Shown here in pieces: positions 55,230 through 64,000 of a DNA stretch of 64,000 bases. This DNA comes from an uncultured Actinomycetota bacterium (GTDB lineage Bacteria > Actinomycetota > Acidimicrobiia > Acidimicrobiales > Bog-793). Both the position numbers and the translations under genes were made by a program. The stretch lies in contig CAVTJR010000003.1 of NCBI GenBank assembly GCA_963735115.1, forward strand, positions 1,231,509 through 1,295,508, in the 5' to 3' direction. Each line of letters begins with the position of its first letter. Positions within the stretch are counted from its first letter, which is position 1. The notes under the pieces are model-generated. The model had not been told where the DNA came from. It saw only the letters and a list, made by a program, of their open reading frames with translations, and did no database searches.

Positions 55230-56537
55230 ATGGCCGCCTCTGAGGGCGAGGCGAGCGAACAGCCGGACCAGCTCGCAGCCCAGCCCGGCGACGACGGGCT
55301 GGACGACGGGCTCGTGGAACTGGTCGTGGGCAAGCCGGCAGCGGGTGGCGGGTGTGTCGCCCGCCTGCCCGATGGTCGGGTGGCCTTTGTCCGCCACGCC
55401 ATTCCGGGCGAGCGTGTGCTCGCGCGTATCACCGAAGAAGCCCGTAGCTACGTGCGGGCAGATGCCGTCACGATCGGCCAAGCGGCGCCGAGTCGCGTCT
55501 CCCCCCCTTGTCGGCACAGTGGGCCCGGCCGCTGCGGAGGCTGCGACTGGCAGCACGTTTCGCTCAGCATGCAGCGGGAGATGAAGTCGGCCCTCGTGAC
55601 AGAGCACCTGCAACGCATCGCCGGCATCGAGCGCGCCGTCACGGTCGAGGCCGTTCCCGGCGACGACAACGGCCTGGGCTGGCGCACCCGCGCTCGCTAC
55701 GCCGTGCTACCGCGGGGGCGGCTCGGCTTCCACCGCTACCGCTCACATGACATCCAGCCGGTCGACCACTGCCCGATCGCCGGCCCCGGCATCGCCCGGC
55801 TGGCACCCGAGCTGCTGTCCTGGAAGGGTGCCGAGGAGGTGGAGGTGTTCGCTCCCGAGGCCGAGGGCGAGCTCACCGTCATGATCGACTCGAGGCGAGG
55901 AGCGCGAGCTCAAGTGCCCCGATTCGACGGCGGGCTCGTCGTCGACGGGCGCACGATACGTGAGCCGAGCGAGTTGCTCGTGAGCTCGCTCGGTCACCGC
56001 TTCGTCGTCAGCGCTGGCGTGTTCTGGCAGGTGCACGCCGGTGCATCGGCAACGCTCGGTCGGGCCCTGATCGACTCGGCCGAGCTTCGTCAGGGAGAGC
56101 GGGTGGCCGACCTGTATGCCGGAGCCGGCCTCTTCACGGCGTTGCTGGCCGACGCCATTGGCGAAGGCGGTCATGTGCTGGCCGTCGAGCAGGACGCTCG
56201 TGCCGCCGAGGACGCCTACCGCAACGTCCTCGGTTCCGCCCACGTCGACGTGCTGTGCGCGCGAGTGACGCCGGAGCTGGTCACCCGCGAGCTGCGTGCA
56301 ACGGACCTGGTGGTCCTCGACCCGCCTCGGCAAGGTGCCGGCAAGCAGGTGACGGCTGCCCTCGCCACGCTCGCCCTGCGGCGGATCGTCTATGTCGCCT
56401 GTGACGCCGCATCCTTCGCCCGGGACCTGCGCGTCCTGCTCGATGGCGGCTGGTCTTTGAGCGCACTGCGGGCCTTCGACCTGTTCCCCATGACCGAGCA
56501 TGTCGAGCTCATGGCGGTCATTGACGCACCCAGCTGA
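55230..56537 (+). CDS. class I SAM-dependent RNA (uracil-5-)-methyltransferase, TrmA/RumA family
   Basis: TRAM-like N-terminus, Fe-S Cys cluster CRHSGPGRCGGCDWQH, SAM site DLYAGAGLF, VVLDPPRQGAG, catalytic YVACD. The start is uncertain (the ORF is open from 55122). Confidence 0.85.
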   Translation: MAASEGEASEQPDQLAAQPGDDGLDDGLVELVVGKPAAGGGCVARLPDGRVAFVRHAIPGERVLARITEEARSYVRADAVTIGQAAPSRVSPPCRHSGPGRCGGCDWQHVSLSMQREMKSALVTEHLQRIAGIERAVTVEAVPGDDNGLGWRTRARYAVLPRGRLGFHRYRSHDIQPVDHCPIAGPGIARLAPELLSWKGAEEVEVFAPEAEGELTVMIDSRRGARAQVPRFDGGLVVDGRTIREPSELLVSSLGHRFVVSAGVFWQVHAGASATLGRALIDSAELRQGERVADLYAGAGLFTALLADAIGEGGHVLAVEQDARAAEDAYRNVLGSAHVDVLCARVTPELVTRELRATDLVVLDPPRQGAGKQVTAALATLALRRIVYVACDAASFARDLRVLLDGGWSLSALRAFDLFPMTEHVELMAVIDAPS

Positions 56538-56602
56538 GCGCCGTGCAGCCGTAGCCACCGGCCGTCCTCGGTGGGAACCGCCCGCCAGAACGGGCGGGCG
56601 TA

Positions 56603-56923
56603 TCAGGACCCCGGCGGACGGTACTTGATGTTGGCGGCAGCAGCCTTGTCGATCTCCTCTGGAGTCAGCAGGACCGTCGTGACGACGGCCGCACCACCCC
56701 CGGCCGTGACCGTCAGGCCGAGGGCGGCAGCGGCGACGTTGTCGGGAAGGTCGGCGATGAGATAGGCGTCCGTCGCGCCGAAGGCGAAGTGGAACGACTC
56801 CACCTTGCCGCCGGCGCTCTTGACCGCTGCCTGCGCGGCCGCCCTGCGGGCGGATCCGCCTTGGGTGAGGACGCCTTTCACGCCGTCGAGGGTGTAGTTG
56901 ACGTGAAGCAGGTACTTGGGCAT
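56603..56923 (-). CDS. GYD domain-containing protein
   Basis: MPKYLLHVNYT..GGKVESFHFAFGATDAYLIADLPD. 106 aa. Confidence 0.85.
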   Translation of the reverse strand: MPKYLLHVNYTLDGVKGVLTQGGSARRAAAQAAVKSAGGKVESFHFAFGATDAYLIADLPDNVAAAALGLTVTAGGGAAVVTTVLLTPEEIDKAAAANIKYRPPGS

Positions 56924-56953
56924 CAGACCCTCCCTTTTTCGTTTCCGTGGAGT

Positions 56954-57385
56954 ATGACCGAGCAGAGAGCTCAGCGCCCCCGCGGCCTGCTACGGTTTCT
57001 GCGTATGCATGCAGATTCGCAGGGCCTCACGGAGGCGGGTGCCTCCGGGTTCTCGATGCCGACAGACGAGCAGGTCGAGTTCGCCAGCGACGGGTTCCGG
57101 ATGCTGGCCGATCCCACCCGCATCAAGATCCTTTGGGCCCTCCTCCAGGGCGAGTCGTCCGTCGCCCACCTCGCCGACCTAGTGGGGGCCGCCCCGACGG
57201 CCGTCTCGCAGCACCTCGCCAAGCTGCGGCTCGCCAAGCTCGTCCGGGTGCGGCGGGAAGGAACCTTCGCCTACTACTCGGCAAACGACGACCACGTCAC
57301 ACGACTCCTCACTGAGGCGCTCGAGCACGCCGGGCACCAAGCCCCCGTCAGAGCACAGCCGCAGGCCGGAGATACGCGAGCGTGA
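56954..57385 (+). CDS. ArsR/SmtB family metalloregulator
   Basis: FRMLADPTRIKILWALLQGESSVAHLADLVGAAPTAVSQHLAKLRLAKLV. The stop overlaps the CDF start (GTGA). Confidence 0.85.
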   Translation: MTEQRAQRPRGLLRFLRMHADSQGLTEAGASGFSMPTDEQVEFASDGFRMLADPTRIKILWALLQGESSVAHLADLVGAAPTAVSQHLAKLRLAKLVRVRREGTFAYYSANDDHVTRLLTEALEHAGHQAPVRAQPQAGDTRA

Positions 57386-58458
57386 AGGCACCGCTAAGCG
57401 ACGACGACGGCGCTCGCCACTCAGCAGACCCTGGGCAGCTGCGCCACGGAGGGGGCGGCGACGTCCACCACGGTGCGCAGCCTGCCCACGCTGGCCACGC
57501 GTCCGAGACCAGCCATGGTCACGGTCCGGGCGCCAAGCGCCTGCCCCTCCCCCGCTTCGGTCACGCCCACCCAGTCTCACGCAGCGCCGACCGTCGGTAC
57601 CTCGGTCTCGCATTCGGGCTGATCGCCACGTTCATGCTGGCCGAAGTCGTCGCTGCCATCCTCGCCGGGTCACTCGCCCTCTTCGCCGATGCCAGTCACA
57701 TGCTGACCGACGCCGGTGCCATCGCCATGGCCATCTGGGCCAGCCGGCTCGCTGAGCGCCCGACGACCGACGTCTGGACGTTCGGCTTCAAGCGGGCGGA
57801 GATCATCTCTGCCGCCCTCAACGGCATGGCGCTGCTCCTGACGGCCGCCCTCATCGGATTCGAGGCGGTCGAGCGGCTGCTGCACCCCTACCCGGTGAAG
57901 GGAGTGGTGCTCGTCGCCGTCGCCGCCGTCGGCGTCTGCGTGAACTTCGCAGCCACCTTCGTGCTCGCCAAAGCAAACCGGTCGAGCCTGAACATCGCCG
58001 GTGCCTTCGCCCACCTGCTGACCGATCTCTGGGCCTTCCTGGGGACGGCGGTTGCCGGGATGGTCATCATCTTGTCCCGCTTCGAGCGGGCAGATGCCAT
58101 CGCCGCTCTCGGCATCGTCACCCTCATGCTGGTGGCCGCCACGCGTCTGCTCCGCGACTCCGGAAAGGTGCTGCTGGAGGCCGCACCGGCGGCCGTAGAT
58201 CTCACCGACGTGCGCGTCCACCTGCTGCAAGCGCCCCACGTCCGCGACATCCACGATCTGCACGCCTGGGTCGTGACCTCCGACCTGCCGGCGCTCTCGG
58301 CCCACATCGTCGTGAGCGAGCAGTGCTTTGCCGACGGGCACGCCCCGCAGATTCTCGACGCCCTGCAGGCGTGCCTCCTCGGCCACTTCGATGTCGAGCA
58401 CTCGACCTTCCAACTCGAACCACCAGGCCACTCCAGCCACGAGAGCAGCGCTCACTGA
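57382..58458 (+). CDS. cation diffusion facilitator (CzcD-like) metal efflux transporter with a His-rich N-terminus
   Basis: ADASHMLTDAGA and FAHLLTDLWA metal-site motifs. C-terminal domain ..IHDLHAW..LSAHIV. Confidence 0.9.
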   Translation: MKAPLSDDDGARHSADPGQLRHGGGGDVHHGAQPAHAGHASETSHGHGPGAKRLPLPRFGHAHPVSRSADRRYLGLAFGLIATFMLAEVVAAILAGSLALFADASHMLTDAGAIAMAIWASRLAERPTTDVWTFGFKRAEIISAALNGMALLLTAALIGFEAVERLLHPYPVKGVVLVAVAAVGVCVNFAATFVLAKANRSSLNIAGAFAHLLTDLWAFLGTAVAGMVIILSRFERADAIAALGIVTLMLVAATRLLRDSGKVLLEAAPAAVDLTDVRVHLLQAPHVRDIHDLHAWVVTSDLPALSAHIVVSEQCFADGHAPQILDALQACLLGHFDVEHSTFQLEPPGHSSHESSAH

Positions 58459-58477
58459 GGCCGGCGTCTCTGCCCAG

Positions 58478-58840
58478 CTAGCTGCGGCGGAGGCGGTCGA
58501 TCTGACGACGGTCACGCTTGGTCGGGCGCCCGCTCGAGGGGTCCCGCAACAGCGGCGGGATGACATGCTGGCGCACGGGTGGAGGTGGGCTGTGATCGAC
58601 GTAGCACTCGGCGGCCATGGCCGCACCCACCCGTTTGTCGATGACCTGCAGGACCTCGAGCAGCCGTTCCCGCCCGCCGGCCCGAGCCGTGATGCGATCC
58701 CCGCGGCGGATGGGCGTGGCGGGCTTCGCCGGGGAGCGGTTCACGCGGACGTGGCCGCCACGGCAAGCCTCGGTGGCCTCCGCCCGTGTCTTGTAGAGGC
58801 GAATCGACCAGAGCCAGCGGTCTAGGCGGGCGACGTCCAT
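58478..58840 (-). CDS. S4 domain RNA-binding protein (Hsp15-like)
   Basis: MDVARLDRWLWSIRLYKTRAEATEACRGGHVRVN. ATG at 58840. The listed 336-aa ORF is over-extended. Confidence 0.8.
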   Translation of the reverse strand: MDVARLDRWLWSIRLYKTRAEATEACRGGHVRVNRSPAKPATPIRRGDRITARAGGRERLLEVLQVIDKRVGAAMAAECYVDHSPPPPVRQHVIPPLLRDPSSGRPTKRDRRQIDRLRRS

Positions 58841-58888
58841 ATCCGCGATCGTTGCACCTGCCGAGCGACTCTTGGGTACGGTGGCCGC

Positions 58889-59326
58889 ATGGCAGTCCTC
58901 AACGAGCCGGCCCGCCAGCTGATCGAGTCCGGGAAACTCGCTCACTGCGTCACGATCAACCCGGACGGCGGTCCGCAGGTGACCTGCGTCTGGGTGGGAC
59001 TCGATGGCGACGACATCGTCATGGCCCACCTGGGCGCCTGGCAGAAAGTCAGAAACCTCCGCCGCGATGCCCGCATCGCTCTCTCCATCGAAGGCAGTGG
59101 TAGCAACCCGGTCGGGATGCAGGACTATCTCGTGGTGCACGGGCGGGCCGAGATCATCGAGGGCGGGGCCGCCGAGCTGCTGCAGCGGCTCGCCTTCGTC
59201 TATGTCGGGCCCGGCGTGAAATTCCCGCCGATGGACGACCCGCCACCCGGCTATGTCGTGCGGATCCGGCCCGATCGCATCGGAGGGCACGGACCCTGGG
59301 CGAGCGGGGAGTCGGGCGGGTCTTAG
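58889..59326 (+). CDS. PPOX-class F420-dependent oxidoreductase
   Basis: LAHCVTINPDGGPQVTCVWVGLDGDDIV..RDARIALS..YLVVHGRAEI. 145 aa. Confidence 0.82.
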   Translation: MAVLNEPARQLIESGKLAHCVTINPDGGPQVTCVWVGLDGDDIVMAHLGAWQKVRNLRRDARIALSIEGSGSNPVGMQDYLVVHGRAEIIEGGAAELLQRLAFVYVGPGVKFPPMDDPPPGYVVRIRPDRIGGHGPWASGESGGS

Positions 59327-59685
59327 AGATCCCAGCCGGAAGCGTGCTTGGGCTGGTAGAGACCGACAGTGCCACCTCCGGGGATCCGCAACCTCGTCAT
59401 GCGGCCGAAGCCCTGCTCCTCGATCGGGCTCGTGAACTCGACGCCCTTGGCGGTCAGATCGGCCACCGTCGCCTCCACGTCGTCGCACATGAAGTACAGC
59501 TCGTGGGCACCGCTCTCTGGGCCGCCCTCGCCCGAAGGGTGGATGCCCAGCTCGGCGGGCGGCAGCTTGAAGATGAGCCAGCCGTGGCCGACGTCCACGT
59601 TCGGGAGCTGGAGGACGTCGCGGAAGAATGCCCGGGTCTCTTCTGCCTCCTCGGCGAAGATGATGACATGGGTGCTCGTGATCAT
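59323..59685 (-). CDS. VOC (glyoxalase/bleomycin-resistance) family protein
   Basis: 120 aa. HVIIFAEEAEETRAFFRDVL..ELGIHP..HELYFMCDDVEATVADL. Confidence 0.85.
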   Translation of the reverse strand: MITSTHVIIFAEEAEETRAFFRDVLQLPNVDVGHGWLIFKLPPAELGIHPSGEGGPESGAHELYFMCDDVEATVADLTAKGVEFTSPIEEQGFGRMTRLRIPGGGTVGLYQPKHASGWDL

Positions 59686-59727
59686 GGCGTGATCGTAGGG
59701 TCTCTCAACCCCGCGATCCCCGTCGGG

Positions 59728-60648
59728 TCACGGCGGAGCCGTCGCGGCCCGCTGGCGCTCCGCCTCGGCCAGGACCTGCACGACGTCGCGGCCGAAGCGG
59801 ACGTCGCAGGCGTGCTGGCGGCCCCCGGAGCGAGCGTTGCCGGCCAGCTCGCTCGCGGCCACGCCCAGCGCCAGCTCTGCGCGTCCTCCTTGCACAGGGG
59901 CAACCGAGCGACCGAGCTCACCCCAGATGAAGAGGTCGAATGCCGCCGCCGCCTCCGAGGCGCCCTGTGTGACGGTGACGGTGCTCGAGGCGCCGCCGTC
60001 ATGGCGGAGCACGAGGTGGGTGACATCGCCGCTGCCCGCCTCGGCGGTAACGCCGACGACCGCACCGAGGGCTGCCCACAGGAGGGAGACGACGTGGGGG
60101 CCGAGATCCCAGAGGGCACCCTTTTCTCTGCGCCACGGCGTGTTGAAGGGGTTGCCCTCCGCTAGCGACGTCCCGAGCCAGATGCCGCTCCCGCCCACCC
60201 ACCCGCCCGCTGTGGCGACCTCGGCCAGCCAGGCTCTCACGTCGGGCTGGAAGCGCGACGTGAAGAAGACGACCGATGCCACCCCGGAGTCCTCGACGGC
60301 TCGCACGAGGGCATCGGCCTCGCCGAGGGAGGTGGCGACGGGCTTCTCGAGGAGGAGGTGCTTGCCGGCCTCGGCCGCACGCAGCGCCAGCTCGGACTGC
60401 ACGTCGGGGGGGACCGAGAAGGCGACCGCGTCGACCGCCTCGAACAACTCGTCGAGGTCGGCGAAGGCGGCTGCACCGTGCTCGGCAGCCAACAGGGCGG
60501 CCGCTCGGGCGTCACGCCCCCACACGCCGACGAGCTCGATCCCGTCGGTCGACGACAGAGCCGGGGCGTGGGTGAGCCTGGCCCAATGCCCCGTGCCGAC
60601 GAGCCCGAAGCGCACCCGCCCGCCTGATCCGCCCCGCATCTCAGGCAT
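59728..60648 (-). CDS. Gfo/Idh/MocA family oxidoreductase
   Basis: RFGLVGTGHWA Rossmann start and GKHLLLEKP motif. Confidence 0.85.
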   Translation of the reverse strand: MPEMRGGSGGRVRFGLVGTGHWARLTHAPALSSTDGIELVGVWGRDARAAALLAAEHGAAAFADLDELFEAVDAVAFSVPPDVQSELALRAAEAGKHLLLEKPVATSLGEADALVRAVEDSGVASVVFFTSRFQPDVRAWLAEVATAGGWVGGSGIWLGTSLAEGNPFNTPWRREKGALWDLGPHVVSLLWAALGAVVGVTAEAGSGDVTHLVLRHDGGASSTVTVTQGASEAAAAFDLFIWGELGRSVAPVQGGRAELALGVAASELAGNARSGGRQHACDVRFGRDVVQVLAEAERQRAATAPP

Positions 60649-61555
60649 CTCCCTGCCCCTCCGGTGCGGTGAGAACGGGCGAACGTGTGAGGTTGTAGAC
60701 GCCGATGGTCATGACGACGAGCCCGAGTACCTCGGCCACGGGGGCAAAGCCCCGCGAGTGGACTCGTTCGCCGAAGAAGCCGATGCCGATTGCGAGAGCC
60801 ACAAGGGGCTGAGCGACCGTCAAGGTGGGAAGCGAGAGGCGAAGGACGCCGGCGTTGAAGGCCTGCTGGGTGAGCGAGAGTGCCACCACGGCGGCGACGA
60901 CGAGCACGTACGGTGACCACGTGACGAGGACGTGGAGGACACCTTTGTCGAGGAGGTGCCCCGTCCGCTCGGTGACGGCGGCGACGTAGCCGAAGGCCGT
61001 GCCCGAGCCGGCGGCATACAGCAGGGCGGCGCGTTTCGGCGTGCCGGTGCGCGCCAGGAGCGCCAGGCCGACGCACGCCACGATGATGGCCGCGCTGAGC
61101 GCCAACCAGCCGGCGAGCGACGCCCTCGGATGGCCGAGAGCCGGGCGGGCGACCTCCTGGAACAGCGACAGCCCGGCCACGGTGACGACAGCAGCCGACA
61201 CCTCGGAGGAGGACACGTGGCGGTGCTCGAGGCGCGCCGCCACGGGGAGGGCGAACACGAGGCTGAGGACGAGGAGCGGCTCCACAAGAGCGAGAGAGCC
61301 GCGCCGCAGCGCCAGGAACTGGAAGACGTAGCCCACTCCGTCGAGGAGGCTGCCGAGCAGCCAGATCGGCCGCCGGACGAGACGGCCGAGCAGACCTCTC
61401 CCCGCCGCGGCTGGCGCCTGCCGGATCGCCTCGTGGTGCTGCAGCACGGCCGCGCAGCCGTAGGAAGCGGCGCTCGCCAGCGAGAGCAGGACGATCGAGA
61501 TGAGACCGGGCGCCAGGTGATGATGAAAGACGCCGAGATTCGAGACCGAGAGCAC
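60641..61555 (-). CDS. DMT-superfamily-like integral membrane protein
   Basis: About 9-10 hydrophobic segments. The GTG at 61555 follows GGGAGG. The longer listed ORF would overlap the upstream aminotransferase gene. Confidence 0.7.
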   Translation of the reverse strand: MLSVSNLGVFHHHLAPGLISIVLLSLASAASYGCAAVLQHHEAIRQAPAAAGRGLLGRLVRRPIWLLGSLLDGVGYVFQFLALRRGSLALVEPLLVLSLVFALPVAARLEHRHVSSSEVSAAVVTVAGLSLFQEVARPALGHPRASLAGWLALSAAIIVACVGLALLARTGTPKRAALLYAAGSGTAFGYVAAVTERTGHLLDKGVLHVLVTWSPYVLVVAAVVALSLTQQAFNAGVLRLSLPTLTVAQPLVALAIGIGFFGERVHSRGFAPVAEVLGLVVMTIGVYNLTRSPVLTAPEGQGDA

Positions 61556-61625
61556 CGCTGCCAGCCTCCCCCATGGAGAGGCCGGTCGAGAAATTCGCCG
61601 CCCGGCCGTCTCGACAGTGTTTTGG

Positions 61626-62987
61626 CTACCTAGGCGCCAATTCGTTCGCCGCTTCGGAGAAGGCCGCCAGGAGTCGGTCGACATCGTCGTTAGTCGTGGC
61701 CGGGCACACGAGGGCCATGTTGTGGAACGGCGTCAGCAAGACGCCCCGGTTGATCAGGTAGAGGTGGACGTACTCGTCAAGATCCTCGTCGGCGGCGGCG
61801 GCCGACTCGGCTCCCGTCCGCGGCGGCCGCCGGCAGAACCGGTACTCGGCCCTGGCGCCCAGCCTCGTGATCGTCCACGGCAGCGCCGTCGAGGCAAGGA
61901 TGGCGCGAGCGCCCTTCTCGTACCGCTCCGCCAGGGTGATCATGCGGGCGAAGGCCTCCGGTGTCAGCACGTCTTCGAGCGTCGCCCGCACGGCGGCGGT
62001 CGAGAGGGCGTTGCCCGCCAGGGTGCCGCCGACACCGCCGACGTCGACCAGGTCGGCGTCGGGGGAACCGAGCAGCCTGCGGGCGACGTCTTCCGACAAC
62101 CCGTAGGCACCCGCCGGGATGCCGCCTGCAATCGCCTTGCCCACGGTCACGACGTCAGGCGCCAGCTGCCAGGCTTGCGTGCACCCGCCCGGCCCGGCGG
62201 AGAGGGTGTGGGTCTCGTCGATGATCAGCAGGGAGCCCGCTCCGCTGGCCAGCTGGCGCAGGGTGTCATGAAAGCCGGCGTCCGGGAGCACGATGCCGAT
62301 GTTGGTGAGCGCCGGCTCTGTCAGGACGGCGGCGACGTCGCCGGCGGCGAGCGCCTGCTCGACGCCCTCGAGATCGTTGAATTCGACCACCCGCGTCGTG
62401 AGGGAGGGGTCGACGGGCGGGCCGACGTTGCCCGCCGAGGCCCGCACACGCCCAGCCTCGAGCGTGGCGATCGTCTCGTCGACGCTTCCGTGGTAGCAGT
62501 GGTTGAAGACGAGGATCTTCGGGCGGCGGGTGAGGTGGCGGGCGATGCGGATCGCCCACCGGTTCGCGTCGGTCGCCGAGAGCGTGAAGCTCCAAGCCGG
62601 AAGGCCGAAGCGCCAGGCGAGGAGAGCCCCGGCGGCGGCCGCGTCCTCCGAGGGCAGCATCGTCGTCAGCCCGCCCTGCTCTTCGACCCGCCGGCGGATG
62701 GCGGCAAGCGTCGCCGGCGGCGAGTGGCCGGCCATGGCACCGGTGTCCCCGAGGCAGAAGTCGGCGTAGTCGCGGCCGTCGATGTCGGTGACCGTCGCTC
62801 CCCTTGCGCCCGCCAACACGAGAGGAAAGCCTCCGTGCCACTTCGCCATCCAGGTCATCGGCACCCCGGCGAGAAGGTTCGTCTCGCGCTCGCTTGCTTG
62901 CAGCGAGCGCGGGTGCAGCTTGCGGTAGGAGGTTCGCTCCCGCTCGAGCAGATCTGCGAGGTGGGCACGGTCGACCATGGCGACCAT
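61626..62987 (-). CDS. class-III PLP-dependent aminotransferase (glutamate-1-semialdehyde aminomutase-like)
   Basis: ILVFNHCYHG, LLIIDETHT, VVTVGKAIAGGIP (PLP lysine context). Confidence 0.85.
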   Translation of the reverse strand: MVAMVDRAHLADLLERERTSYRKLHPRSLQASERETNLLAGVPMTWMAKWHGGFPLVLAGARGATVTDIDGRDYADFCLGDTGAMAGHSPPATLAAIRRRVEEQGGLTTMLPSEDAAAAGALLAWRFGLPAWSFTLSATDANRWAIRIARHLTRRPKILVFNHCYHGSVDETIATLEAGRVRASAGNVGPPVDPSLTTRVVEFNDLEGVEQALAAGDVAAVLTEPALTNIGIVLPDAGFHDTLRQLASGAGSLLIIDETHTLSAGPGGCTQAWQLAPDVVTVGKAIAGGIPAGAYGLSEDVARRLLGSPDADLVDVGGVGGTLAGNALSTAAVRATLEDVLTPEAFARMITLAERYEKGARAILASTALPWTITRLGARAEYRFCRRPPRTGAESAAAADEDLDEYVHLYLINRGVLLTPFHNMALVCPATTNDDVDRLLAAFSEAANELAPR

Positions 62988-63049
62988 CTTGCCGCCCTGC
63001 CGGCAACCGGCGCATTGGCGCCGCCGCCGGAGCATGGAAGACTGAGCCT

Positions 63050-63784
63050 ACGTTCGAACGCTTCACTGATCGCTCACGGCGGGTCCTCGTGCTGGCACAG
63101 GAGGAAGCGCGCCTCCTCGGACATTCCTACATCGGAACCGAGCACCTCCTCCTCGGTCTCGTCCACGAGGAGGACGGGCTTGCCTCCAAGGCGCTCCGGT
63201 CCCTCGACATCTCCCTCGCGGCCGTCCGGGCCGAGGTCGAAAAAGTCGTCGGCCCGGCCGGATCCCCCGCCGCAGGGTCGCCACCCTTCACGCCGCGGGC
63301 GAAGAAGGTGCTCGAGCTATCGCTGCGAGAGGCGCTGCAACTCGGGCACAACTACATCGGCACCGAGCACATCCTCCTCGGCCTTGTTCGCGAAGGCGAG
63401 GGCATCGCCGCCAAGGTGCTCGTCTCGCTGGGGGCCGATCTCGCCGGCGTCCGCCAGGAGGTCATCAAGTTGCTCAGCGGGTATCAGGGGCCGGGTGCTC
63501 CTGCGGCTCGCCCGGCCGGCGAGCGCGACGACCTCTCCGATCTCACCATGGAGGAAGGCACCTTCGCTCCCGAGCCGATCGGTGACCACTGGACGGCCCG
63601 GGTCGTGCGGGCGGGGAGGAACCCGGCCGTCTTCGACGAGGCCTACGGGGCGCTGGCCGAGCTCGTCGCACCCTTCGGCATCAACCTCGAGGAGGCGGCC
63701 GCCGAGCGCATCATGGTCATCTCGGTGCTCACGAGCGGTGGACCCGGTCTGCTGCTGACGTTTCGCCACCGCACCGAGGGCTGA
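63050..63784 (+). CDS. stand-alone ClpC1-type N-terminal-domain protein with a unique C-terminal domain of about 90 aa
   Basis: (T)FERFTDRSRRVLVLAQEEARLLGHSYIGTEHLLLGL..FTPRAKKVLELSLREALQLGHNYIGTEHILLGLVREGEG..LLSGYQG closely resembles the canonical ClpC1 N-terminus. There is no Walker A and the stop is at 63782-63784. The codon at the expected Met position is ACG. Confidence 0.8.
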   Translation, partial: TFERFTDRSRRVLVLAQEEARLLGHSYIGTEHLLLGLVHEEDGLASKALRSLDISLAAVRAEVEKVVGPAGSPAAGSPPFTPRAKKVLELSLREALQLGHNYIGTEHILLGLVREGEGIAAKVLVSLGADLAGVRQEVIKLLSGYQGPGAPAARPAGERDDLSDLTMEEGTFAPEPIGDHWTARVVRAGRNPAVFDEAYGALAELVAPFGINLEEAAAERIMVISVLTSGGPGLLLTFRHRTEG

Positions 63785-63799
63785 GCGCCTGCTCCATGG

Positions 63800-64000
63800 T
63801 CACTTCGGCGTCAGCTCGTCGACGGCATCCTCGACCGAGCCGCAGAGGCCGTCCGGGCCGAAGATCGCCAGCAGCCCGCCGCGCTTGAGGTCGTGGTGGA
63901 CGAGGTGGGAGGACCGGGCGATCACGGTCCTCACCCCGCCGTCCTTCAGCTCGGCGACGAGGGCACCGAGCGCCTGTGCTCCCGTGAAGTCGATGTCCGA
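63800..64000 (-). CDS. C-terminal STAS-domain fragment (SulP-type transporter or anti-sigma antagonist); 5' part lies outside the window
   Basis: The minus-strand frame is open to the window edge: SDIDFTGAQALGALVAELKDGGVRTVIARSSHLVHHDLKRGGLLAIFG..-stop (TGA at 63800-63802). Confidence 0.6.
   Translation of the reverse strand, partial: SDIDFTGAQALGALVAELKDGGVRTVIARSSHLVHHDLKRGGLLAIFGPDGLCGSVEDAVDELTPK

Overview
This is a 64-kb, high-GC chromosomal segment that looks actinobacterial. The evidence is mshC for mycothiol, several F420-dependent enzymes, and the thrS-HIT-pgsA-patA-pimA and pdxS-pdxT-yebC-ruvCAB-yajC-secDF gene strings known from Mycobacterium and relatives. Coding density is high and most genes are on the minus strand. 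Housekeeping content includes gltBD, thiD, serS, secDF/yajC, ruvABC, pdxST, thrS, mshC, rsgA and an EF-G paralogue. Accessory content includes an ECF sigma/anti-sigma pair, an arsR-CDF metal module, and a phosphonatase-like HAD plus FAD-oxidoreductase operon. There are also MFS and DMT transporters and an S53 peptidase. I found no rRNA, tRNA or CRISPR array.

Three points stand out.
1. A roughly 7-kb degraded integrative island (23775-30891) sits in the 3' end of the PIM acyltransferase gene. It is bounded by 47-bp direct repeats (46/47 identical). A third, decayed copy of the same gene end lies about 450 bp further left. The island splits the conserved patA-pimA junction. It carries an integrase N-terminal stub, an HTH + Clp_N gene pair, a marR/ABC-2 exporter module, a broken tetR with its operators next to a redoxin gene, a DUF1003 gene, and several families of short intergenic repeats.
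2. Six single-nucleotide frame disruptions hit five otherwise well conserved genes: gltB, serS, pimA, tetR (twice) and the HAD hydrolase. Because serS and gltB are affected, consensus indel errors are the most economical explanation. Real gene decay cannot be excluded from the sequence alone.
3. A stand-alone protein at 63050-63784 has a ClpC1-type N-terminal domain, a short unique C-terminal domain, no AAA+ module and no canonical start codon.

All coordinates and motifs were read by eye from the sequence and the ORF track. No database search was run.
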